Part shown: positions 20,025 to 28,087 of the stretch, piece after piece
Layout of the letters: each line of letters begins with the position of its first letter
Position numbering within the stretch: the stretch's first letter is position 1
Source of the DNA: Candidatus Zixiibacteriota bacterium
Lineage (GTDB): Bacteria > RBG-13-66-14 > B26-G2 > WVWN01
NCBI GenBank assembly: GCA_050117845.1
Contig: JASFLY010000001.1
Coordinates: 256,001 to 320,000, forward strand
DNA: 64,000 nucleotides
Direction of reading: 5' to 3'
The notes under the pieces: model-generated
Seen by the model: only the letters and a program-made list of their open reading frames with translations
Databases searched by the model: none
What the model was told of the DNA's origin: nothing
Program-made: the position numbers and the translations under genes

Positions 20025-20684
20025 CTACCCCCCGGACAACCGGCCTTTTATGTAGTCCACCCACGCGGCCACGCCCTCGCCCGTCTCGCCCGACACCTCG
20101 AACACGTCGAGCTTGGGGTTGACGGCCTCGACGTTGCGTTTCAATGCGGCAACGTCAACGTGCAGGTGGGGTAGGAGGTCCGTTTTGGTGATGACGGCCG
20201 CCTTCGCCTCCTGGAACGCCAGCGGGTACTTGAGCGGCTTGTCCTCGCCCTCGGCCACGGATATTACGACCACCTTCTCGTTCTCGCCGACGTAGAACTC
20301 CGCCGGGCAAACCAGGTTGCCGACGTTCTCGATGAACACGGTGCCGAGGTCGTCCAGCGGCAGGTCCTCCAGCGCGGCCTTCACGAGGTTGGGCGCCAGG
20401 TGGCAATCGCCGCCGAAGGGGCCGGTGTTGATCTGCACGATGGGGACGTCGAACTTCTGGAGACGCTCGGCGTCGGCCGTGGTCGCGATGTCTCCCTCTA
20501 TGACGCCCGGCCTGATTTCGGCCAAGGCGGCCTCAAAGGTCCGCTCGAGGAGGCGGGTCTTCCCGGCGCCCGGCGACCCGATGATATTCACGGCGTAGAC
20601 GCCCTTTTCCGCCAGGTAGGCGGCGATTTCGTCGGCCAATTTCTCGTGGGCTTCGAGCACCTTTTTTACGATCTTAATTTCCAT
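20025..20684 (-). CDS. hypB: Hydrogenase nickel-incorporation GTPase
   Basis: GSPGAGKT, CHL, ENVGNLVCPAEF, EGEDKPLKYP. Confidence 0.95.
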   Translation of the reverse strand: MEIKIVKKVLEAHEKLADEIAAYLAEKGVYAVNIIGSPGAGKTRLLERTFEAALAEIRPGVIEGDIATTADAERLQKFDVPIVQINTGPFGGDCHLAPNLVKAALEDLPLDDLGTVFIENVGNLVCPAEFYVGENEKVVVISVAEGEDKPLKYPLAFQEAKAAVITKTDLLPHLHVDVAALKRNVEAVNPKLDVFEVSGETGEGVAAWVDYIKGRLSGG

Positions 20685-20698
20685 CGACGACCGTCCTT

Positions 20699-21052
20699 CT
20701 AGTTCTCGTCCAGGATCTCCAGCGAATCGATAAGCAATTCCCGCCCCGACGTAATCTCAAGATCGGGCGAGCCGCAGGCGGCGCAAAGGAACGGCGGCTC
20801 CTCCACGCAGAGCTCGGCCCCGCACGAGCGGCACTTCCCGACCACCGGTATTTCCTCGATGTCGAGCGTCGCGCCCTCGAGGGGCGTGTCCTCGGTCAAG
20901 GTTTCGAAGTAGAACGTCATCGCCGCCGGCACGAACGTGGTGAGCAGCCCGAGTTTCAAATGCACCGTTTTTACGCGGCCGGCCACGCCGTGGCGATCCA
21001 CCTCCACGAGAAGCTGTTCGACGAGCGAGTTTACGACCGAAAGCTCGTGCAC
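20699..21052 (-). CDS. hypA: Hydrogenase nickel metallochaperone
   Basis: MHELS, CRSC...CAAC, GRELLI. Confidence 0.95.
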   Translation of the reverse strand: MHELSVVNSLVEQLLVEVDRHGVAGRVKTVHLKLGLLTTFVPAAMTFYFETLTEDTPLEGATLDIEEIPVVGKCRSCGAELCVEEPPFLCAACGSPDLEITSGRELLIDSLEILDEN

Positions 21053-21053
21053 G

Positions 21054-22058
21054 TCAGCATATCCTCGGGAGTTGGTCCGCCAGCGGCATCCCGAGGACGC
21101 GGGTCCCGCCGACCACCGTCTTCACGAATACGCGCTTCGGCTCCGCGACGACCCGGCCTATTATCTCCGCCCCGGCGCCGAATGCGTGGCCCCGCATCGC
21201 CCGCACCAGGCCTTCCGCCTCGGCCACCGGCGCCACCGCGACCACCTTCCCCTCGTTGGCCACGTAGAGAGGGTCGAGCCCCAGGATTTCGCACACCGCC
21301 GCGACGTCCCCCTTAACCGGTATCTTCTCCTCGGCGATTTCCAGGCCGACGCCGTGCCCCTCGGCGGCCTCGTTCAAGGCCGCCGCCAGGCCGCCCCGCG
21401 TCGGGTCCCGCATGAACTTTATCCCCGGCGCGGCCTCGCGCATGGCCCGGCACAAGTCGCCCAACGGCGCGCAGTCGCTCTCCACCGCGGCGTCGAACTT
21501 GAACTGCTCCCGGGCCAGCATGACCGCGACGCCGTGGTCGCCGACCGACCCGCTGAGCACCACCGCGTCGCCGGGTTCGAGCGGCCGCCGGAGCGGCTCC
21601 CGGCCCCCGTAAACGCCCACGCCCGCCGTCGTGATGAAAAGGCCGTCGGCCTCGCCCCGCGCCACGACCTTCGTGTCGCCGCAGACTATCTCGACCCCCG
21701 CCTCCCGGGCCGCCGCCGCCATCGACGCCGCGATCCGATCGAGCGTCGCGAGCGGCAGGCCCTCCTCCAGCGTGAAGGCCGCGGAGAGATAACGCGGTTC
21801 GGCGCCCATGACGGCGAGGTCGTTGACGGTGCCGCACACCGCCAGTTTGCCGATGTCGCCGCCGGGGAACTCCAGCGGTTTGACGACGTACGCGTCGGTG
21901 GTGAAGGCCGCGCGGCCGGGGGGCAGCTCGAGCGTGGCCGCGTCGTCCAGCGCCCGCAACGCCTCGTTGTCGAAGTGCCGGGCGAAGACGTCGGCCACCA
22001 GCCGCCGCATCAGGACGCCGCCGGCGCCGTGACCCAATTGTATTATATCATCACTCAT
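21054..22058 (-). CDS. hypE: Hydrogenase maturation carbamoyl dehydratase
   Basis: HGAGG, GTVNDLA, RDPTRGG, ANEG, C-terminal PRIC. Confidence 0.96.
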   Translation of the reverse strand: MSDDIIQLGHGAGGVLMRRLVADVFARHFDNEALRALDDAATLELPPGRAAFTTDAYVVKPLEFPGGDIGKLAVCGTVNDLAVMGAEPRYLSAAFTLEEGLPLATLDRIAASMAAAAREAGVEIVCGDTKVVARGEADGLFITTAGVGVYGGREPLRRPLEPGDAVVLSGSVGDHGVAVMLAREQFKFDAAVESDCAPLGDLCRAMREAAPGIKFMRDPTRGGLAAALNEAAEGHGVGLEIAEEKIPVKGDVAAVCEILGLDPLYVANEGKVVAVAPVAEAEGLVRAMRGHAFGAGAEIIGRVVAEPKRVFVKTVVGGTRVLGMPLADQLPRIC

Positions 22059-23142
22059 CGCCGTATTTATACGCCGCCGCGCAGCTCCCCTCCGACGAGA
22101 CCATGCACGGCCCCACCGGGGCTTCGGGGGTACAACGGCCGCCGAACAGGCCGCAATCCGCGGGGGCCCGGGCGCCCGTCAACACGTCGCCGCAAATGCA
22201 GCCGACGTCGGGGACCGTCTCCTCCACCTCGACCGGTATCGCCCTCGCGGCGTCGAAACGCTGATAGGCCGTCGTAAAGGTCAAGCCGCTCGCGGCCATC
22301 TCCCCCAGGCCCCGCCACCGCGAATCGCAGGGCTCGAAGACCTCGGCCAAGAGCGCCCGCGCCCGGGGGTTCCCCTCCTCCTTGACGACGCGCGCGTATT
22401 GATTCTCGACGCGGCTCTCGCCGTCGGCGTATTGTTTCAACAATAAGTATATGCCCTGCATCACGTCCACCGGCTCGAAGCCGGTGACGACGCCGGGGAG
22501 GCCGAAGTCCCGAGCCACGAACTCGTACGCCCGGGCGCCGATAATCGCGCTCACGTGCGCCGGATAGAGGAAGCCGTCGAGGGCCAGGTCCTTCATCGCA
22601 CACAAGGCCGCGAGGGCCGGCGGGACGAGTTTGTGCGCCGAGAGGACGAAAAAGTTGTCGACCCCCTCGGCCGCCGCTTTCTTCACCGTGGCCGCGATGG
22701 TCGGGGCGGTGGTCTCGAAGCCGACCCCCAGGAATACCACCCGCCGGCCGGCTTCGGCCCGGGCGGCCGCAAGCGCCTCCCGCGGCGAGTACACCACGCG
22801 CACGTCCGCCCCTTCGGCCTGGAGCGCCAGGAGGTTCGCCGAACTCCCGGGCACGCGCATCATGTCGCCGAAGGTCGCAACGGTCACGCCCGGCGTCCGC
22901 GCCAGTGCGACGGCGTGGTCCACGTAGTCCTTGGGCGTTACGCACACCGGGCAGCCGGGGCCGGACACCAGCCGGACGTTTTCGGGCAGGAGCTTCTTCA
23001 GGCCGTAGCGCGCGATGGCCATGGTATGCGTCCCGCATACCTCCATGAAGGAGAACTCGCGCCCCGGGTCGTTGACGGCCGCGACCGCCGCCGCGGCCTT
23101 CTCCGTCCGTGCCCGGTCCCGGAACTCGTCGAGGTATTTCAC
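22051..23142 (-). CDS. hypD: Hydrogenase maturation protein HypD
   Basis: MEVCGTH, GPGCPVC, GFETT, CMVSSEGSC. The GTG start at 23142 overlaps the hypC stop. Confidence 0.93.
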   Translation of the reverse strand: MKYLDEFRDRARTEKAAAAVAAVNDPGREFSFMEVCGTHTMAIARYGLKKLLPENVRLVSGPGCPVCVTPKDYVDHAVALARTPGVTVATFGDMMRVPGSSANLLALQAEGADVRVVYSPREALAAARAEAGRRVVFLGVGFETTAPTIAATVKKAAAEGVDNFFVLSAHKLVPPALAALCAMKDLALDGFLYPAHVSAIIGARAYEFVARDFGLPGVVTGFEPVDVMQGIYLLLKQYADGESRVENQYARVVKEEGNPRARALLAEVFEPCDSRWRGLGEMAASGLTFTTAYQRFDAARAIPVEVEETVPDVGCICGDVLTGARAPADCGLFGGRCTPEAPVGPCMVSSEGSCAAAYKYGDE

Positions 23143-23369
23143 TTCCCCCGGCCGGTATCGAAGCCGACCTGGTCCAGGAGATCGAGCGTCTCCTGCGCCT
23201 CCTCCTCGTCGAGTATTTCGATGGCGAAGCCGGCGTGGATGATGACGTAGTCGCCGACCTTCGCGTCGGGAGAGAGGGACAGGTCGCATTCCTGCCGCAC
23301 GTTCGACATCTCGACCGTCGCCCGCGTCCCGTCTACCTCGATTATCTTCATCGGTACGCCCAAACACAT
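23139..23369 (-). CDS. hypC: Hydrogenase chaperone HypC
   Basis: MCLGVP, VGDYVIIHAGFA. Confidence 0.95.
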   Translation of the reverse strand: MCLGVPMKIIEVDGTRATVEMSNVRQECDLSLSPDAKVGDYVIIHAGFAIEILDEEEAQETLDLLDQVGFDTGRGK

Positions 23370-23373
23370 ATCG

Positions 23374-25665
23374 CTATTTATCCTTTTCGAGTTTGGCCAG
23401 CGCCACCGCGGCCTGGCCCAGCGAAAGGCCGCCGTCGTTCGTCGGCACCTGTTCATGTATTATAACCCGGAACGCGGCGCTTTCCAACAACGGTATCACC
23501 CGGGACAGCAGGGTGACGTTCTGGAAGACGCCGCCGCCCAGGGCCACGACGCCCAGGCCGGAAGTGTCGCGCAAGAGCGACGCGACGCGTTCCACCATCG
23601 CGGCGACGCCGTTGTGGAAGCGGGCCGCGATGACGGAGGGCGAAGCGCCCGCCGCCACGTCCGACAGGACGCCCTCGATCGCCGGGGCCGGGTCGACGAC
23701 GAGGGGCTTCCCCTCGCCGTAGGCGAACTCGTACGCGCCGGCCTCGTCGGCATCGGCGGCCTGCTCGAGTTCGATGGCGGCCTGGCCCTCGTAATTGGTA
23801 TAGTAACGGACGCCGGCGAGCGCGGCCACCGCGTCGAAGAGGCGGCCCATGGAACTCGTCGGCGGCGAGTTGACGCCCTTGGCCGCGGCCTCCAGGACCA
23901 TCTCGCGGCTCCGCTCCGGTATCTCGGCGAGGCCCGGCGTAACACGACGGCCGGCCTCGGCGCCGTACAGGTCGTGGAGCCAGGAGAGGGCCATCCGCCA
24001 GGATTCCCGCGCCGCGGCGTCCCCGCCGGGGAGAGGGACGTATTTAACGTGGGCCGCGCGGACGTACTCCGCCGCGTCGGCCAACAGGAACTCGCCGCCC
24101 CAAATGGCGCCGTCGTCCCCCAGGCCCGCGCCGTCGAAGGCGACGCCGATGACCTTGCCGCCGTCGTACCCGGCGTCCGCGAGGACCGAGGCCACGTGGC
24201 CGTGGTGATGCTGAACTACGACCTCCGGCAGGCCCGTCTCCCGGGCGTAACGGGTGGAGAGGTAATCGGGGTGGAGGTCCCGCGCCACCGCCGCCGGCTC
24301 GACGTCGAAGAGGCGGCGGAAGTGCGCCACGCCCTCCTCGAACGCCTCCAGCGTCGCGACGTTCTCGAGGTCGCCGACGTGATGCGAGACGAACGCCCGG
24401 TCCCCCTTCGTCAAACAAAAAGTGTTCTTAAGTTCGGCGCCAACGGCGAGGACGCTTTTATTATAAGTGTCACCTAAGTCGATGGGGAGCGGGACGTAGC
24501 CGCGCGAACGGCGGACCGGGTACTCCCGGCCTTGGAAGGCCCGCGTCACCGTGTCGTCGACGCGCCGGGCGATGGGCCGGTTATGCACCAGGAAATAGTC
24601 GGCGATGCCGGCCAGATGCTCGGCCACCAAGTCGTCGCGGTAGGCGATGGGCTCGTCGGCCCGGTTGCCCGAGGTCATCACGAGGATCTCGAGGTCGTCG
24701 TCGAACAGGAGGTGGTGGAGGGGGGTGTAGGGCAACATGACGCCCAGGCAGCGGTTGCCGGGCGCTATTTCCTCCGGCAGGTAGAACGGCGTACGCTTGC
24801 GCAACAGGACGATAGGACGCTTCTCGGAAAGGAGCAGCGCAAGCTCGGCGTCGTCCACTTCGGCGTAGCGCCGGGCGACCGCGGCGTCCGCAACCATGAC
24901 GGCGAACGGCTTGTCCTCCCGGTACTTCCGCGAGCGCAGCGCCGCCACCGCCTCGGCGGAAGTCGCGTCGCACGCCAGGTGGTAGCCCCCCAGCCCCTTA
25001 ACCGCCACGACCCGGCCTTCCAGTAATAAACGCTTAGCGTCGTCGAGCGGATCGGCCGACGCGAGCGGCTTCCCCTCGGCGTCCCACAGGGCAAGGCTCG
25101 GGCCGCAGGCCGGGCAGGCGTTGGGCTGGGCGTGGAAACGCCGGTTGCCGGGGTCCTCGTATTCCGCCCGGCAGGCCGGGCACATCTCAAACGACGCCAT
25201 CGTCGTCTTCGGCCGGTCGTACGGAACGCCCTGAATGATGGTGAACCGCGGGCCGCAGTTGGTGCAGTTGATGAAGGGGTAACGATACCGGCGGTCCGCC
25301 GGGTCCAGCAGCTCGTCCAGGCAGTCGCCGCAGGTCGCGACGTCCGGCGAGATGAGCGTCTGCGCCCGCCCCGGCTCGCTCTGTCTGATGACGAAAGACG
25401 TCTCGGCCGCCGGGCTCAACTCCTCTTCTTCCATGGAGTCGATGCGGGCCCGGGGCGGCGGGGCCGCCCGGAGCTCGGCCAGGAAGCCGGCTATCGCTTC
25501 CGCCGGCCCCTCCAGCTCGACGACGACGCCGGCGCCGTCGTTGAGGACGAAGCCGGCGAGGCCCAACCGCCGGGCGAGGTTGTACACATGGGGCCGAAAG
25601 CCCACGCCCTGCACCACGCCGGCCACGCGCACGCGCCTGCGGATTGCCGCGGCGGCCTGGTTCAC
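23374..25665 (-). CDS. hypF: Carbamoyltransferase HypF
   Basis: GVVQGVGFRP, zinc fingers (CTNCGPRF, RFHAQP), QHHHGH, NDGGLSLGQ. GTG start at 25665. Confidence 0.93.
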   Translation of the reverse strand: MNQAAAAIRRRVRVAGVVQGVGFRPHVYNLARRLGLAGFVLNDGAGVVVELEGPAEAIAGFLAELRAAPPPRARIDSMEEEELSPAAETSFVIRQSEPGRAQTLISPDVATCGDCLDELLDPADRRYRYPFINCTNCGPRFTIIQGVPYDRPKTTMASFEMCPACRAEYEDPGNRRFHAQPNACPACGPSLALWDAEGKPLASADPLDDAKRLLLEGRVVAVKGLGGYHLACDATSAEAVAALRSRKYREDKPFAVMVADAAVARRYAEVDDAELALLLSEKRPIVLLRKRTPFYLPEEIAPGNRCLGVMLPYTPLHHLLFDDDLEILVMTSGNRADEPIAYRDDLVAEHLAGIADYFLVHNRPIARRVDDTVTRAFQGREYPVRRSRGYVPLPIDLGDTYNKSVLAVGAELKNTFCLTKGDRAFVSHHVGDLENVATLEAFEEGVAHFRRLFDVEPAAVARDLHPDYLSTRYARETGLPEVVVQHHHGHVASVLADAGYDGGKVIGVAFDGAGLGDDGAIWGGEFLLADAAEYVRAAHVKYVPLPGGDAAARESWRMALSWLHDLYGAEAGRRVTPGLAEIPERSREMVLEAAAKGVNSPPTSSMGRLFDAVAALAGVRYYTNYEGQAAIELEQAADADEAGAYEFAYGEGKPLVVDPAPAIEGVLSDVAAGASPSVIAARFHNGVAAMVERVASLLRDTSGLGVVALGGGVFQNVTLLSRVIPLLESAAFRVIIHEQVPTNDGGLSLGQAAVALAKLEKDK

Positions 25666-26162
25666 CCGAGCCACTCCTTCAGCTCGTCCAGCACGGCGGC
25701 GGCGGCCTCCTCCACCGCGGCGGCGACCTCGGCGGTCATCTCCTCCGTGAACTCGTTGAGTTCGACCGCCTCGACCGCCACGACCGTCACCGGGTCCGGG
25801 GCCCCGAGGCCCAGCGTCCCGCAAACGTCGAGCGCGCCGGCCAGGTTCACGCCGTGGCTGTGGCCCAGATGGGCGGTGACGCGCAGCGCCTCGGCCGAGA
25901 AGGCGTAGACGGTCCCGGCGACGCCGTCCTTGGTCTGGATGGCGTCCGCGACCACGGCCCGGTCGTACCCGCGGAGGTAGTCCACCAGGTCGAAGCCCCC
26001 CGTGCACGCCTCGTCCACGACGACCCTGGGGGCGAGTTCGGCGGGCAGGAGTTCGGCCACGCGGCGCACGACGTGGATGCCAACGCCGTCGTCGCCGCGG
26101 ATCTCGTTGCCGACGCCCAGGACGAGGGTCTTGCCCTTCCGGCCTTCAAATTCGTCCCGCAT
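25662..26162 (-). CDS. Hydrogenase maturation endopeptidase (HybD/HycI family)
   Basis: LVLGVGNEIRGDDGVG, VADA, SHGVNL. Confidence 0.88.
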   Translation of the reverse strand: MRDEFEGRKGKTLVLGVGNEIRGDDGVGIHVVRRVAELLPAELAPRVVVDEACTGGFDLVDYLRGYDRAVVADAIQTKDGVAGTVYAFSAEALRVTAHLGHSHGVNLAGALDVCGTLGLGAPDPVTVVAVEAVELNEFTEEMTAEVAAAVEEAAAAVLDELKEWLG

Positions 26163-26238
26163 ATTCCGTAATTGTAACATAAAAAGGCCGCCCGCCCCAA
26201 CTCACGTATCAGGCCAATAGCCGCGTAATATTCACTTG

Positions 26239-26353
26239 CCGTCGGGCGTTAACACCTGGCGGCCGCGTTCAACTCGGGAGGAACGGCGGGCATAAAGCCC
26301 GCCGCTTCATGTTTGAATAATACTCCCGGCGTCGGGTGGTAACACCCAACGCC
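26239..26353. repeat. Cluster of three REP-like palindromes
   Basis: 26239-26262 and 26328-26353 resemble 8378-8401 (GGTGGTAACACC core). 26284-26304 resembles 8167-8189 and 44960-44984. Confidence 0.65.
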
Positions 26354-26363
26354 ACTCTAAAGT

Positions 26364-26387
26364 AAAAGGCGGCCCGCAGGCCGCCTT
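26364..26387 (-). terminator. Intrinsic terminator after the Cys-type mvhA
   Basis: Minus strand reads AAGGCGGCC-TGCG-GGCCGCCTTTT. Confidence 0.6.
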
Positions 26388-26410
26388 ACCCACCACCTCC
26401 CGGTGTCCGG

Positions 26411-27880
26411 CTAACAGTTTCGCTTTATGGTACGGAGGAGTTCGCCGCCAGCGTCGTAGAGTTCGTACTCCAGGGGCATCTTGCCCGGCAGGGCGTGCGT
26501 CGCGCAGGCCATGCAGGGGTCGTAGGCCCGGAAGGCCATCTCGACCATGTTCAGCTTGCCCTCGTCCACGTCGCCGCCGGTAATGACGCCCCGGGCGGCG
26601 TTGCGCACGGCGAGGTTGATGCCGGCGTAGTTCTGCGTGGTCGAGACGATGAGGTTGGCCTCGGTGAGGATGCCGTTCTCGTCGGTGGTGTAGTCGTGGA
26701 TGAGGTGGCCGCGGGCGGCCTCGACGATGCCGACGCCCCGGCTCGGCGTCTCGGTCGCCAGATTGCGGACGTGCGGGTCGAGGATTTCGTCGTCCTCGAG
26801 GTGGCGCAGCCAGAGCTCGGCGCCCTGGGCGCCGCGGATGATGCGGGCCCAGTGGTAGGCCAGCGAGGCGTGGACCGGCTTCCCGCCGAGCGTGGCGTAG
26901 AACTTCTCGTACTCCGCCTGGGCCACGGGGGTCTGCATCCGGTCGGCCGCGTTGAGCGTCGCCAGCGGCCCGCCGCGATATATGCCCGAGTCCTTCCCGG
27001 TAACCCAGCCCTTCCAGCCGATCTTTTTGAGGTAGGTCACCTTGAGGTAGGACCAGGGCTCCACCCTCTCCTCGATGTGGTCCAGGTAGTCCTCGGCGGC
27101 GAAGCGGGCGAACTCGTTGCCGTCCGGGTCGACGATGCGGGACCACCCGTCGTAGAAGTCGAGCTCGTTGTCGTCGTTCACGACGCCGATATAGTACGTC
27201 TCCTGGCCGCCGTAGGCCTCCGACAGCACGAGGTCCACGTACTCCTTGTTCTTCAGCACGACGTCCTCGAAGAGCTGGAACGTGAACTTGGAGAACTCCA
27301 CCGCCTCGCGGGCGTGGCCGAGCATCTCCTCGCGCTTCTCGGCGTCGAGAGGCCGGGAGACGCCGCCGGGGAGGTTGATAATGGGGTGGGTCCGCTTGCC
27401 GCCGAAGTACTTGAGCACGTCGATGGACTTGGCCCGCATCTCGATTACCTTGGAACCTATCTCGAGGCCCACCTTGCCCACCACGCCCAGGATGTTGCGC
27501 TCGGCCGGGTCGGCCGTCGGCCCCACGACGAAGTCCGGGGCGGCGAGGTAATAGAAGTGCAGGAGGTGGTCGTAGAACATATAGGCGTTGTAAATCATCC
27601 GGCGCAGGCGCTCGCCGTTGGGCGGCAGCGGGACGCGGTAGACGGCGTCGCACGCCTTCGAGCTGGCGTAATGGTGGACCAGCGGGCAGACGCCGCAGAT
27701 GCGGGGCGTGATGCGCGGCAACTCCTCTACCGGCCTGCCGACGGCGAACTGCTCGAAGCCCCGCAACTCCGGGATCTGGACGTACGCGTTGGCCACGTCG
27801 CCGTTGTCGTCCAGGAAAATGGCTATCTTGCCGTGGCCCTCGAGGCGCGAAATGGGGTCGATTTCTATTTTCTTCATCAT
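26411..27880 (-). CDS. mvhA: Group 3c [NiFe] hydrogenase large subunit, all-Cys copy
   Basis: RLEGHG, L1 motif RICGVC, L2 motif [12 protein letters not shown] plus a cleavable C-terminal tail. Confidence 0.93.
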   Translation of the reverse strand: MMKKIEIDPISRLEGHGKIAIFLDDNGDVANAYVQIPELRGFEQFAVGRPVEELPRITPRICGVCPLVHHYASSKACDAVYRVPLPPNGERLRRMIYNAYMFYDHLLHFYYLAAPDFVVGPTADPAERNILGVVGKVGLEIGSKVIEMRAKSIDVLKYFGGKRTHPIINLPGGVSRPLDAEKREEMLGHAREAVEFSKFTFQLFEDVVLKNKEYVDLVLSEAYGGQETYYIGVVNDDNELDFYDGWSRIVDPDGNEFARFAAEDYLDHIEERVEPWSYLKVTYLKKIGWKGWVTGKDSGIYRGGPLATLNAADRMQTPVAQAEYEKFYATLGGKPVHASLAYHWARIIRGAQGAELWLRHLEDDEILDPHVRNLATETPSRGVGIVEAARGHLIHDYTTDENGILTEANLIVSTTQNYAGINLAVRNAARGVITGGDVDEGKLNMVEMAFRAYDPCMACATHALPGKMPLEYELYDAGGELLRTIKRNC

Positions 27881-27938
27881 TTCTCTCCGGATGTAATGGG
27901 TTTATCGGCTTCGGATACGTCCTCCCGGCGGGGCGCAT

Positions 27939-27988
27939 AAAAAAGCCTTTGCCGGGCGAGTGGAAACACTTCGCACGAGCAAAGGCTT
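27939..27988 (-). terminator. Intrinsic terminator or attenuator between the two mvhA copies
   Basis: 10-bp stem AAGCCTTTGC/GCAAAGGCTT with an extended upper stem, followed by a U-tract on the minus strand. Confidence 0.8.
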
Positions 27989-28087
27989 ACGTCTGAGCTT
28001 TATGCTGAGACGGAGACGCGGTTATGTCGGGTCGAGCTTAGCGCTGCGAGCTCGGCCGTGCGGCCACGCCTCCGCGAGGACTGCTGC

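Noticed and set aside
28038..28067. Leader peptide (GTG...TAA, MAARPSSQR) in the mvhA spacer as a Sec sensor
   Set aside because: It contains no UGA or Cys codon, and the GGAGG is only 1 nt from the GTG.
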